Below are positions 17,301 through 27,982 of a DNA stretch of 64,000 bases, piece after piece. The position numbers were made by a program, and so were the translations under genes. The DNA comes from Schmidtea nova (lineage: Eukaryota), in assembly GCA_044892505.1 (NCBI GenBank), contig CM097882.1, positions 312,790,001 to 312,854,000 on the forward strand, in the 5' to 3' direction. The first letter of the stretch is position 1. Each line of letters opens with the position of its first letter. Below the pieces are notes generated by a model, which was not told the origin of the DNA, did not search any database, and saw only the letters and a list, made by a program, of their open reading frames with translations.

Positions 17301-19934
17301 ATGACTCAATCACCTGCTGCTCAGTCAACTGCTGCTGATGTGATGACTCAGTCTATTGGAAATCAGTCAACTGTGACGAAGAAATATGAATTAGAAAACA
17401 TTCTCAAGTATCAAATTTCCAGTTTGCAATGTTTTCAATCGATTTTGGATTATTTTTCGCAACTAAATGGTGGAAATCTCGCTACTGCCTCAGTTCTTTC
17501 TGATGCGAATGCAAGTCAACGGAGTTCTTTCGATCAAGGATCTAAAATTTCTCAAAACCAATCTGATAATATGCCACTTTCTTATGCTGATATTGAGACT
17601 AAATTCACTAAATCAAAGGATTTACTGATTGTCAAGCGCCTGGATTCATTGGAGTCTCAATTTATGAATATGGCTGAAAAGTTAGATTATTTGGTTTCTT
17701 TTTTTAATGGCTCTGTTGATGATTTATCAGATTTTCCTAAAGTAAATGAAAATAATTTAAATAATAATCCTTTCAATAAAAATAAAGTTTTTGATATCAA
17801 AGATAAATTAATTGTAAATAATGTAGTTTTAGATAAATCAAATATTTCAGAATTTATTGAAAATAATATTGCTAAAATTCCTAATAGTTTAATTGATGTA
17901 AATAATAAAATGTGTAATTCAAATAATAAATTTCTAAATAACCCTAATAAAGAGAATGTTAAACATTTTAATAATCCCAAAGAAACATCTTCAATTGATT
18001 TGACTAACGATAAAATTATGCCAAATGAAAACATAGAAATAATTATTAAAAATAATAAAAAATCTGTTAAAATTATAGAACCTAATAAAACAACTAAACA
18101 GAAGTATGATAAATTTGAATTTAAAAATCTGGTTCGTATTTTAACGAAAAGGGAACGCCAGAAAATCTTGAATGCCTTCCCTGCTTTAATACAACTAATT
18201 AAAAAGAAAGAATCACAGAGTAAATATTTTGAAATTAATAAATTTCTTTCGAGCAAAGATTTTAATGTGAATCACTTGAATTTAATTAATTTTGATTATT
18301 TTTTCTATAGAAATTGTAATCTTTGTGTATCTTTAAAATTGAACAACGCTCCTGTCATTTCATCAGCACCAAAACCTGTTGTTTTAAAAACTATTAAATT
18401 AATTGACCATAATATCGTCAAAATAAATTCTGAAATCCCTGACTTTGTTCGAGCTCCAATGTCAATTCGAAGATTTTTATTCAATCTTTCGCACGATCTT
18501 TCAAACACTGTTTCCATCAAGGATGAGAAACACAGGGGAAATAAAATAAATAACATTCTTACTTCAATGAAACATAAACAACAATTACCAGATTATTTAA
18601 TAAAATCAAACATTAAATACGAAAATGGTGAGTTCTTATTATTAGATTTGACTAACGATAAAATCAAATTGAACGACGATAATAACTTGATAAAATCAAA
18701 TTTTTCTGAACTTACTAGAAGTCAGATTAAAAATCTTTACTATTCTTATCCTTCTCTTAAGGAAGTTTGTTTCGTTGAAAATCTTGAAACAAGATCATCA
18801 TCCGTTAGTAAAATTATCGAATCTTTAAAGTTAATTAATGAATTTCCAAAAAATATCATTTTTAAAGAGGGTAAATTTTATCAGTCTGATAAAAGAACAA
18901 TCTCACCTAGTAGTTCTCCTGACATAATGTTCAACCTTGGTCTTTTTAATTTGGCTAGTATGAGTAGAAAAGATTGTGAATTAAAATCCATTTTAGAGAA
19001 GACTGGTTGTGACTTTAAAATAGTTGAAATAATATTCTACCTCAACTATTTAGGCTTGACTCAATCTTTAGAATTTTGCAAAAATCAAACTTATTCTGAT
19101 TATGTGAGGAATTACGTCTGTAATTGCTGCTTGATAAACTCACTCTGTAGTATTGCTGATGTTGATTCGCTTTCATCTGAAGATTTTGAGGGTTGGGCGA
19201 CCGAAATTGTTCAGAAAATCCCAGTTTCTTCCTATTACTTCAATAGCTGCCAGGAAAAGCTTTTAAAGCTGAAGCAATGGGACATTTCAACTAAAATCAA
19301 AAGAATCCATAACGTTATTTCACCTGAAATAATATCTTATTTAAATAACTTTCTTGACTCTGTAGACGTAAAATTTCCATCTAAGTCTCAACAACATAAT
19401 ATTCTAATTAAATTAATGAAAGCTATCAATGACATTAAAATTTTTGATGACATACACGGAAATAAAGCAAAAAGACTTGTTTACTTTTTGCTAAGAGATG
19501 CCAAGAAATATTTGAATAAAAATCAACGATTCAGATTATTTGAATCGAGCAATAAATATTGCACTTCAGAGATGGAGAATATAATTTCAGTAATAATTGA
19601 GAACCTTACCAAAGTTACTGACCATGAAGTTACTACTCCTGAAATCACAGTTGAAGAAACGCCAATTGAAATAACTTGTGATCCTGAACCTATCGTCTTG
19701 ATTAAGGAAATAAACTGTTTAAAATGTAACAATATCATCGAAAAATGCATTCTTGTTAGAGATGGAACAAACGTCAACATCTGTGAAAGCTGTCTATTTG
19801 ACGCAATTACCTTTGAAAAGCCGATTCCTGAAGCTACTAATTCGGATACCGAAGAAAATATGGAAACAAATAGTAAGAAATCTTGTCCAAGACCTAGAAA
19901 AACAGACAAGAAAACATCAACCAAAGCGAAATGA
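17301..19934 (+). CDS. ORF1 protein, copy 3
   Basis: 877 aa intact. Confidence 0.88.
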   Translation: MTQSPAAQSTAADVMTQSIGNQSTVTKKYELENILKYQISSLQCFQSILDYFSQLNGGNLATASVLSDANASQRSSFDQGSKISQNQSDNMPLSYADIETKFTKSKDLLIVKRLDSLESQFMNMAEKLDYLVSFFNGSVDDLSDFPKVNENNLNNNPFNKNKVFDIKDKLIVNNVVLDKSNISEFIENNIAKIPNSLIDVNNKMCNSNNKFLNNPNKENVKHFNNPKETSSIDLTNDKIMPNENIEIIIKNNKKSVKIIEPNKTTKQKYDKFEFKNLVRILTKRERQKILNAFPALIQLIKKKESQSKYFEINKFLSSKDFNVNHLNLINFDYFFYRNCNLCVSLKLNNAPVISSAPKPVVLKTIKLIDHNIVKINSEIPDFVRAPMSIRRFLFNLSHDLSNTVSIKDEKHRGNKINNILTSMKHKQQLPDYLIKSNIKYENGEFLLLDLTNDKIKLNDDNNLIKSNFSELTRSQIKNLYYSYPSLKEVCFVENLETRSSSVSKIIESLKLINEFPKNIIFKEGKFYQSDKRTISPSSSPDIMFNLGLFNLASMSRKDCELKSILEKTGCDFKIVEIIFYLNYLGLTQSLEFCKNQTYSDYVRNYVCNCCLINSLCSIADVDSLSSEDFEGWATEIVQKIPVSSYYFNSCQEKLLKLKQWDISTKIKRIHNVISPEIISYLNNFLDSVDVKFPSKSQQHNILIKLMKAINDIKIFDDIHGNKAKRLVYFLLRDAKKYLNKNQRFRLFESSNKYCTSEMENIISVIIENLTKVTDHEVTTPEITVEETPIEITCDPEPIVLIKEINCLKCNNIIEKCILVRDGTNVNICESCLFDAITFEKPIPEATNSDTEENMETNSKKSCPRPRKTDKKTSTKAK

Positions 19935-19940
19935 AGATGT

Positions 19941-22900
19941 GTGCCTGCATCAGCTCAATCGTCTGCCATTCCCTCTAATGAGACTGATGCAGAGAGCACA
20001 ACTAAAAATAATATTTCAACTATCGACAATCGTGATCCTGAAGTGTGGTTTTCTGATAATGATATTGATTGGTATCTTGAAAACCACATTGATAATCCAA
20101 TGCATGGATATATTAAATGCTTTATAGTAAATATCATCTGTTCTAACATCACAGAAGATATTGTTGAAATTCCACCATCTATTAGCAATGCTGAAATTGT
20201 ATTTTGTCCACTCAACATTAACAATTCGCACTGGATTCTTTTTGTTTATAGTAAGAAAATGTTATCTTCTTACTTTATTGACCCAATCCTTGCAAACAGA
20301 CAAAAGCCAATCAATAAACAAATGGCTCAGAGAATTAATCTAAAACTGAATAGATTTTTTAATCTAAATATATCTGTGTCCCGACATCCACACAAACATC
20401 TTGAATATCAAAATAACAGCTTTGATTGTGGCCCATTTACGTGTGCTTATGCTGTGATTATCAGTAAAGATTTGAACAGCTTTCCAAATGGGTTCATAGA
20501 GAAAATTCGTACCAGTGTGCATGAAAATCAAAATCGTATGCAAATAACTGAATCCACCTTATTCGCTGGTACTAACTCCAAGATGGACATGACCAAAATA
20601 AATATCAAGAAAGCCCTTGCAAAAAAGAAAGTCATCACCAACACCTCAGATATGACCAAAGTATTGAACACTCAAAAACCGTGTGTGTCATCAATAATTA
20701 GTAAATATTACGAAAGTAATTCTAAAATAACAGTCTTATCTGCCGAACTAACTTTAAACCTAATTGCACAAAATACCTCCTTCATAGCTGATAATGTCAC
20801 TTTCAAGCAGTTCAAAGGAATCGATCATGTTATAAGTATCATTCCTAAATTTAACGATTGGTGTCTCTTTGTCTATTCGAATAAACTTGACAGGAGCTAC
20901 ATGTTCGACTTCAATTATCGAAACATTGATGAAAGGCTAATTGAAATTGGTGAAAAGATAACTGAATATCTGAATCAATTCACTCTTGTTTCTAAAATAA
21001 AATTCACACCTCATCATAGAATTTCTCATCCAACATTTCATTCTTACGATGATCAATATTTTGCAAGTTCTTTTATTGTATTTTTTGAGAAACTTGTCTT
21101 TGAAAGAATACTGGACAATGATAAGGTTTATGACTCATTAAGTGCTCTAAAATATCAGTCTTGTAAAGATCTTTCTCCTAGCCTAAGTTTCATTAATGGT
21201 AAAATATCCGACAAAATTATTGAGGAATATTTTGCTAGCCTAAACTTATCGACCAAATATATTCTTCTAAACACAACAATGTGTACTGCGCTTTCAGATG
21301 ATTGCACTGAATACTTGAAAGACTTTGTAAACATTGAGTGCATGATGAAGGCTACTATAATCTTTGTAATCATTTCTCCTCCAAGAGCCAACGACTTGCT
21401 CATGGTTATTGATTACGACGCTGATGAGCACTATTTATTAAGCCCAGTCACTAATGACTTGTTCGTTATGACTGAAGGATTCTGCTATAAATTACTAATT
21501 AAAATTAATGAGATTAGAGAGAGCACAGGACGTTCCTTGAAATCGCGTAATTGTCGACATGACGTTAAAGGTTCTGGCTTATTTAGTAGGTTATTAATCT
21601 GTGCCTTTATTAAATATTATGCATTTGACCGATCTCTAGAAAATATCAATCTTCATGAAATTGGCAAAATTATCTACTCACTTGTGCCATTGGTTGATAA
21701 AAATGATAATGCTGAGGAAGAAAGACGACTAAAATCAAAAGCTGTAAACTCTTTAAAACTAAATTTAAAACAGCGAATAGAAAAAGCCAATAATCTTATA
21801 ATTTCACTTGAACACGCCAGTATTGATGAAATCATAAGTGGCATTCTTTCAAATATTCCTCGTCTTAAAGATTTGAACACCGATCACATTCGTACACCAT
21901 ATTTAGGTACTAAAATAGAAAAAGCTAGAAAATTCAAAAATTCCACTGAGTTTCTGTCAAACATGAAAAAGACTGTGTATAGGATTTTGGGTAACAACAC
22001 AGAATCAATTGCACCTCCTTATCAGGAAATTATTGACACTTGCAGTCATCCTGATACATTACCTAGAAATTGGGAAAACATCTTAAAATTCACTAAGAGT
22101 TCTAAATATAGTCTTGAATTAAATCCAATGACACCTAAAGAAATCCTTTCAAGTCTTTGCAAAGCTGACAACACTTCTCCAGGTCTTGATAATGTTTGTT
22201 ATAAAGATCTTTTGTTATTAGACCCTGAATGTAAATTGCTAGCTTTTCTGTACAATAAAATCCTAAAATTAGACATTATTCCTACAAGTTGGAAATCATT
22301 TAAAACCATACTAATCCCCAAACCAGATAAAAATGGCCAATATCATAAAATATATTCTTGGCGACCAATTGCCTTATTATCTGTCATTTACAAAGTCTTC
22401 GCTTCAGTTTTGGCAAATCGTCTAAGCTTATGGATAAGAAATAATTCCATGTTACACATTGGCCAAAAGGGTGGTTCGGAGTACGAAGGATGTATTGAAC
22501 ACAACTCTATTCTTTCTGCTATCGTCGAACATTCAAAATACAGCAAGTCTTCACCTTTAACGATAGCTTGGCTAGACATCAAAGATGCCTTCGGAAGTGT
22601 TCCACATGACTACATGTGGACACTGTTAAAACACATAAATGTTAGTGATAGGTTTGTAGGAATTTTAAAACTGCTCTATACTGATACAAGCTCGTTTTAC
22701 TGTTGCAATAAAATGCAGACACCGGATATTCCAATAAAGAAAGGAGTTAAACAAGGTTGTCCGATCTCAATGATATTGTTTGCAATAGCTATTAACCCAG
22801 TACTTGAGTCTATTAATCTATCAAACGTTAATCCTTTTACGATTGGAACATCTCCGGTACAGGTGTTGGCTTATGCGGATGATATCGCACTTATCGCGAC

Positions 22901-24551
22901 AAATACCTCTGATCTGCAAATACTCATAAACGTTGCTGTAAACACCGCTAAAACAATTGGATTTGAATATCGTCCAGAAAAGTGCGCTTATATGCAATTC
23001 CCTAAAATAGAAACTGTAAGCGAGATTTCTGTCAACAACGTTCTTATAAAAAAGATTGCAACAAATGAATTTTACCAATACTTGGGAGTACCAATAGGTG
23101 ACAATAATGATCAAAGTCCCTATGAAATTCTAAGCAAAGTAATTGAAGACACAAAGAAAATAGCAAATTCTGATCTTTACGGCTGGCAAAAACTTAAAGC
23201 GTATAAGGTCTTTCTGCATTCTCGCTTGATTTTTCCATTTAGAACTAGGGAAATCAAAACAAGTTCTTTAGCTGATTCGAGTAAAAATTCAAAATTAAAT
23301 GTAAATAATACGAGTATTTTGAGGAGTCATCTTAGAAAAATATTGCACTTGCCACACTACTCTGAGATTAGCTATTTTTATAATTCTACTGAAAACGGCG
23401 GTGCAGGCTGCATAGACTTACTTGACGAGTATCATACACAGACAATCGTGTACTTTTTCCGTTTGTTAACATCAACGTGCGAATATTCGAAAAAGATAAA
23501 TATTGACTCGCTTTTATTTGTCACAAGTCCGAGACTCGGAATCAAAAATCCAGTTCTTAAACAAAGTTTAGAATGGATAAATGGAAAAGAGAGCAAGAAA
23601 AACAACAGTGGTTGCAAAACTCGATTTTATCGGTTGCGATCATCCATTGCTTACTTTTCTAAAGTTCACAACATTAAATTGTTATTTGAAACAGTGAAAG
23701 GGAATCCTTCTATCCGTATAACCACTACACTTAAGGGAACACGTATATTATTACCAACATTAAGAAAAGCCTTGTCAATGATTTTACATTCAGCTCTCCA
23801 GGATTCGTATCTCGAGAAATGGGAGAATAGCAATCATAATAATCTGCTTGTATCTGCGATTAAACTCTGTCCACTGGTCAACAGGCTTATTTTCCGCAGT
23901 GATTTGACAGAATTTGAATGGAGATTCGTCCATCGAGCAAGAACGAATACATTATCAATATTTGCGAAGCCATATAAAACTGGCGAAAATCGTCTTTGTC
24001 GTAGATGTAAGCTTGAAGACGAGACTTTATCACACGTTCTTCAAACTTGTAAAATGAACAAATCTTTGGCAACTAGTCGACATAACGCTTGCTTAGAAAA
24101 AATAAAAAGCGAGTTGAAAGATCCAAACTTGTTAGTTGTTGCGGATCATAAATGTTCCCTAGTACCGACATCAACTGAACGCGTTGATTTAATAATAACC
24201 AATAATGATAAAAAGACCATATTATTGGTAGACATGAAATGCCCAATCGATTCGGTGCCCAACTTTGACTTGGCTGATAAAAAAAACATAGAAAAGTATG
24301 ATAAACTAAAATCAGAAATTAAAATAGCCAAACCCGATTATAAAGTTGAGTTGTTTACCTGCATCATAGGCTCATTAGGATCCATTGAAATTAAAACACC
24401 TGATCTTTTAGTAAAAATGGGAGTAAAAGAAAATAAAGTAAAACGTCTGATGAAAGAGTGTGCAATTAGCAATATTGCGCACTCGGCCAAAATTTGGTAC
24501 TTTCATACCAATGGCTTTCTTCCAGATAATATAAGACAAACTTGTAAATAA
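19941..24551 (+). CDS. ORF2 protease/RT/RLE polyprotein, copy 3
   Basis: Intact, same motifs. Confidence 0.95.
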   Translation: MPASAQSSAIPSNETDAESTTKNNISTIDNRDPEVWFSDNDIDWYLENHIDNPMHGYIKCFIVNIICSNITEDIVEIPPSISNAEIVFCPLNINNSHWILFVYSKKMLSSYFIDPILANRQKPINKQMAQRINLKLNRFFNLNISVSRHPHKHLEYQNNSFDCGPFTCAYAVIISKDLNSFPNGFIEKIRTSVHENQNRMQITESTLFAGTNSKMDMTKINIKKALAKKKVITNTSDMTKVLNTQKPCVSSIISKYYESNSKITVLSAELTLNLIAQNTSFIADNVTFKQFKGIDHVISIIPKFNDWCLFVYSNKLDRSYMFDFNYRNIDERLIEIGEKITEYLNQFTLVSKIKFTPHHRISHPTFHSYDDQYFASSFIVFFEKLVFERILDNDKVYDSLSALKYQSCKDLSPSLSFINGKISDKIIEEYFASLNLSTKYILLNTTMCTALSDDCTEYLKDFVNIECMMKATIIFVIISPPRANDLLMVIDYDADEHYLLSPVTNDLFVMTEGFCYKLLIKINEIRESTGRSLKSRNCRHDVKGSGLFSRLLICAFIKYYAFDRSLENINLHEIGKIIYSLVPLVDKNDNAEEERRLKSKAVNSLKLNLKQRIEKANNLIISLEHASIDEIISGILSNIPRLKDLNTDHIRTPYLGTKIEKARKFKNSTEFLSNMKKTVYRILGNNTESIAPPYQEIIDTCSHPDTLPRNWENILKFTKSSKYSLELNPMTPKEILSSLCKADNTSPGLDNVCYKDLLLLDPECKLLAFLYNKILKLDIIPTSWKSFKTILIPKPDKNGQYHKIYSWRPIALLSVIYKVFASVLANRLSLWIRNNSMLHIGQKGGSEYEGCIEHNSILSAIVEHSKYSKSSPLTIAWLDIKDAFGSVPHDYMWTLLKHINVSDRFVGILKLLYTDTSSFYCCNKMQTPDIPIKKGVKQGCPISMILFAIAINPVLESINLSNVNPFTIGTSPVQVLAYADDIALIATNTSDLQILINVAVNTAKTIGFEYRPEKCAYMQFPKIETVSEISVNNVLIKKIATNEFYQYLGVPIGDNNDQSPYEILSKVIEDTKKIANSDLYGWQKLKAYKVFLHSRLIFPFRTREIKTSSLADSSKNSKLNVNNTSILRSHLRKILHLPHYSEISYFYNSTENGGAGCIDLLDEYHTQTIVYFFRLLTSTCEYSKKINIDSLLFVTSPRLGIKNPVLKQSLEWINGKESKKNNSGCKTRFYRLRSSIAYFSKVHNIKLLFETVKGNPSIRITTTLKGTRILLPTLRKALSMILHSALQDSYLEKWENSNHNNLLVSAIKLCPLVNRLIFRSDLTEFEWRFVHRARTNTLSIFAKPYKTGENRLCRRCKLEDETLSHVLQTCKMNKSLATSRHNACLEKIKSELKDPNLLVVADHKCSLVPTSTERVDLIITNNDKKTILLVDMKCPIDSVPNFDLADKKNIEKYDKLKSEIKIAKPDYKVELFTCIIGSLGSIEIKTPDLLVKMGVKENKVKRLMKECAISNIAHSAKIWYFHTNGFLPDNIRQTCK

Positions 24552-24905
24552 ATAATTATATATATATATAAATATTTGCTTTTTAAACTCTGTAAATAAA
24601 ATTTAAGGTAAATATTTTGTAAAGTAATTTTTGTATTAAATATCCAATCTTTTTAATCTGATAAATTGTCTTTGAGAGTTATTAAATTGGGAGACCAAGT
24701 ATTCTGCGACGTATGTCACTTATTCTAGAATTATCAACTTCAAAAGAATACAGTCGCAAAGCTGGATGACGAAATCCAAAGAACCAGAAACTTCCATTCA
24801 GATTGAACAATTATATTTTGACTGTGATTGTTTAGGGACTAATCCATGTTGATTAGATAATCTGTAAAAAAATATGTCAAACTTGTTATATTTAATAAAT
24901 GTTTA

Positions 24906-24960
24906 TTATCACGTCTGCCTAACACGCAGAAGGTCCCCGGTTCGATCCCGGGTCGAACCA
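24906..24960 (+). pseudogene. 3' fragment (nt 19-73) of tRNA-Val split by copy 3
   Basis: Starts at TTATCACG. Confidence 0.9.
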
Positions 24961-25140
24961 AATTTTTCTCAATTCATTATTTGACTTTTATTATATTTGC
25001 AACTCTTTTTTTAATTCATAACGCAATTTTGTTGTTGAATTCTCTACTTTGTACATAAATTTTATTCAAGTGAATTCAGTACATTTTGTCAAGGTAATTC
25101 GAAAATCAAACATGCACAACAATTGTTAGTTGAAACTGTC

Positions 25141-25213
25141 GGTTCGATGGTGTAGCGGTTATCACGTCTGCCTAACACGCAGAAGGTCCCCGGTTCGATC
25201 CCGGGTCGAACCA
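25141..25213 (+). tRNA. tRNA-Val(AAC)
   Basis: Intact; the only complete gene in array segment 3 (24906-25330). Confidence 0.96.
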
Positions 25214-25342
25214 AATTTTTCTCAATTCATTATTTGACTTTTATTATATTTGCAACTCTTTTTTTAATTCATAACGCAATTTTGTTGTTGAATTCTCTAC
25301 TTTGTACATAAATTTTATTCAAGTGAATTCTTTCAAGGTTCG

Positions 25343-27976
25343 ATGACTCAATCACCTGCTGCTCAGTCAACTGCTGCTGATGTGATGACTCAGTCTATTG
25401 GAAATCAGTCAACTGTGACGAAGAAATATGAATTAGAAAACATTCTCAAGTATCAAATTTCCAGTTTGCAATGTTTTCAATCGATTTTGGATTATTTTTC
25501 GCAACTAAATGGTGGAAATCTCGCTACTGCCTCAGTTCTTTCTGATGCGAATGCAAGTCAACGGAGTTCTTTCGATCAAGGATCTAAAATTTCTCAAAAC
25601 CAATCTGATAATATGCCACTTTCTTATGCTGATATTGAGACTAAATTCACTAAATCAAAGGATTTACTGATTGTCAAGCGCCTGGATTCATTGGAGTCTC
25701 AATTTATGAATATGGCTGAAAAGTTAGATTATTTGGTTTCTTTTTTTAATGGCTCTGTTGATGATTTATCAGATTTTCCTAAAGTAAATGAAAATAATTT
25801 AAATAATAATCCTTTCAATAAAAATAAAGTTTTTGATATCAAAGATAAATTAATTGTAAATAATGTAGTTTTAGATAAATCAAATATTTCAGAATTTATT
25901 GAAAATAATATTGCTAAAATTCCTAATAGTTTAATTGATGTAAATAATAAAATGTGTAATTCAAATAATAAATTTCTAAATAACCCTAATAAAGAGAATG
26001 TTAAACATTTTAATAATCCCAAAGAAACATCTTCAATTGATTTGACTAACGATAAAATTATGCCAAATGAAAACATAGAAATAATTATTAAAAATAATAA
26101 AAAATCTGTTAAAATTATAGAACCTAATAAAACAACTAAACAGAAGTATGATAAATTTGAATTTAAAAATCTGGTTCGTATTTTAACGAAAAGGGAACGC
26201 CAGAAAATCTTGAATGCCTTCCCTGCTTTAATACAACTAATTAAAAAGAAAGAATCACAGAGTAAATATTTTGAAATTAATAAATTTCTTTCGAGCAAAG
26301 ATTTTAATGTGAATCACTTGAATTTAATTAATTTTGATTATTTTTTCTATAGAAATTGTAATCTTTGTGTATCTTTAAAATTGAACAACGCTCCTGTCAT
26401 TTCATCAGCACCAAAACCTGTTGTTTTAAAATCTATTAAATTAATTGACCATAATATCGTCAAAATAAATTCTGAAATCCCTGACTTTGTTCGAGCTCCA
26501 ATGTCAATTCGAAGATTTTTATTCAATCTTTCGCACGATCTTTCAAACACTGTTTCCATCAAGGATGAGAAACACAGGGGAAATAAAATAAATAACATTC
26601 TTACTTCAATGAAACATAAACAACAATTACCAGATTATTTAATAAAATCAAACATTAAATACGAAAATGGTGAGTTCTTATTATTAGATTTGACTAACGA
26701 TAAAATCAAATTGAACGACGATAATAACTTGATAAAATCAAATTTTTCTGAACTTACTAGAAGTCAGATTAAAAATCTTTACTATTCTTATCCTTCTCTT
26801 AAGGAAGTTTGTTTCGTTGAAAATCTTGAAACAAGATCATCATCCGTTAGTAAAATTATCGAATCTTTAAAGTTAATTAATGAATTTCCAAAAAATATCA
26901 TTTTTAAAGAGGGTAAATTTTATCAGTCTGATAAAAGAACAATCTCACCTAGTAGTTCTCCTGACATAATGTTCAACCTAGGTCTTTTTAATTTGGCTAG
27001 TATGAGTAGAAAAGATTGTGAATTAAAATCCATTTTAGAGAAGACTGGTTGTGACTTTAAAATAGTTGAAATAATATTCTACCTCAACTATTTAGGCTTG
27101 ACTCAATCTTTAGAATTTTGCAAAAATCAAACTTATTCCGATTATGTGAGGAATTACGTCTGTAATTGCTGCTTGATAAACTCACTCTGTAGTATTGCTG
27201 ATGTTGATTCGCTTTCATCTGAAGATTTTGAGGGTTGGGCGACCGAAATTGTTCAGAAAATCCCAGTTTCTTCCTATTACTTCAATAGCTGCCAGGAAAA
27301 GCTTTTAAAGCTGAAGCAATGGGACATTTCAACTAAAATCAAAAGAATCCATAACGTTATTTCACCTGAAATAATATCTTATTTAAATAACTTTCTTGAC
27401 TCTGTAGACGTAAAATTTTCATCTAAGTCTCAACAACATAATATTCTAATTAAATTAATGAAAGCTATCAATGACATTAAAATTTTTGATGACATACACG
27501 GAAATAAAGCAAAAAGACTTGTTTACTTTTTGCTAAGAGATGCCAAGAAATATTTGAATAAAAATCAACGATTCAGATTATTTGAATCGAGCAATAAATA
27601 TTGCACTTCAGAGATGGAGAATATAATTTCAGTAATAATTGAGAACCTTACCAAAGTTACTGACCATGAAGTTACTACTCCTGAAATCACAGTTGAAGAA
27701 ACGCCAATTGAAATAACTTGTGATCCTGAACCTATCGTCTTGATTAAGGAAATAAACTGTTTAAAATGTAACAATATCATCGAAAAATGCATTCTTGTTA
27801 GAGATGGAACAAACGTCAACATCTGTGAAAGCTGTCTATTTGACGCAATTACCTTTGAAAAGCCGATTCCTGAAGCTACTAATTCGGATATCGAAGAAAA
27901 TATAGAAACAAATTGTAAGAAATCTTGTCCAAGACCTAGAAAAACAGACAAGAAAACATCAACCAAAGCAAAATGA
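25343..27976 (+). CDS. ORF1 protein, copy 4
   Basis: 877 aa intact. Confidence 0.88.
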   Translation: MTQSPAAQSTAADVMTQSIGNQSTVTKKYELENILKYQISSLQCFQSILDYFSQLNGGNLATASVLSDANASQRSSFDQGSKISQNQSDNMPLSYADIETKFTKSKDLLIVKRLDSLESQFMNMAEKLDYLVSFFNGSVDDLSDFPKVNENNLNNNPFNKNKVFDIKDKLIVNNVVLDKSNISEFIENNIAKIPNSLIDVNNKMCNSNNKFLNNPNKENVKHFNNPKETSSIDLTNDKIMPNENIEIIIKNNKKSVKIIEPNKTTKQKYDKFEFKNLVRILTKRERQKILNAFPALIQLIKKKESQSKYFEINKFLSSKDFNVNHLNLINFDYFFYRNCNLCVSLKLNNAPVISSAPKPVVLKSIKLIDHNIVKINSEIPDFVRAPMSIRRFLFNLSHDLSNTVSIKDEKHRGNKINNILTSMKHKQQLPDYLIKSNIKYENGEFLLLDLTNDKIKLNDDNNLIKSNFSELTRSQIKNLYYSYPSLKEVCFVENLETRSSSVSKIIESLKLINEFPKNIIFKEGKFYQSDKRTISPSSSPDIMFNLGLFNLASMSRKDCELKSILEKTGCDFKIVEIIFYLNYLGLTQSLEFCKNQTYSDYVRNYVCNCCLINSLCSIADVDSLSSEDFEGWATEIVQKIPVSSYYFNSCQEKLLKLKQWDISTKIKRIHNVISPEIISYLNNFLDSVDVKFSSKSQQHNILIKLMKAINDIKIFDDIHGNKAKRLVYFLLRDAKKYLNKNQRFRLFESSNKYCTSEMENIISVIIENLTKVTDHEVTTPEITVEETPIEITCDPEPIVLIKEINCLKCNNIIEKCILVRDGTNVNICESCLFDAITFEKPIPEATNSDIEENIETNCKKSCPRPRKTDKKTSTKAK

Positions 27977-27982
27977 AGATGT

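Larger units (their letters stand above)
17289..24905 (+). mobile_element. Retrotransposon copy 3 (full length, class A 5' junction)
   Basis: Same junctions as copy 2. Confidence 0.93.

Noticed and set aside
19753-20127. 124-aa alternative-frame ORF spanning the ORF1/ORF2 junction in copy 3 (frameshift route?)
   Set aside because: Present only in copy 3 through private SNPs; ORF1 and ORF2 already share a frame, so no frameshift is needed
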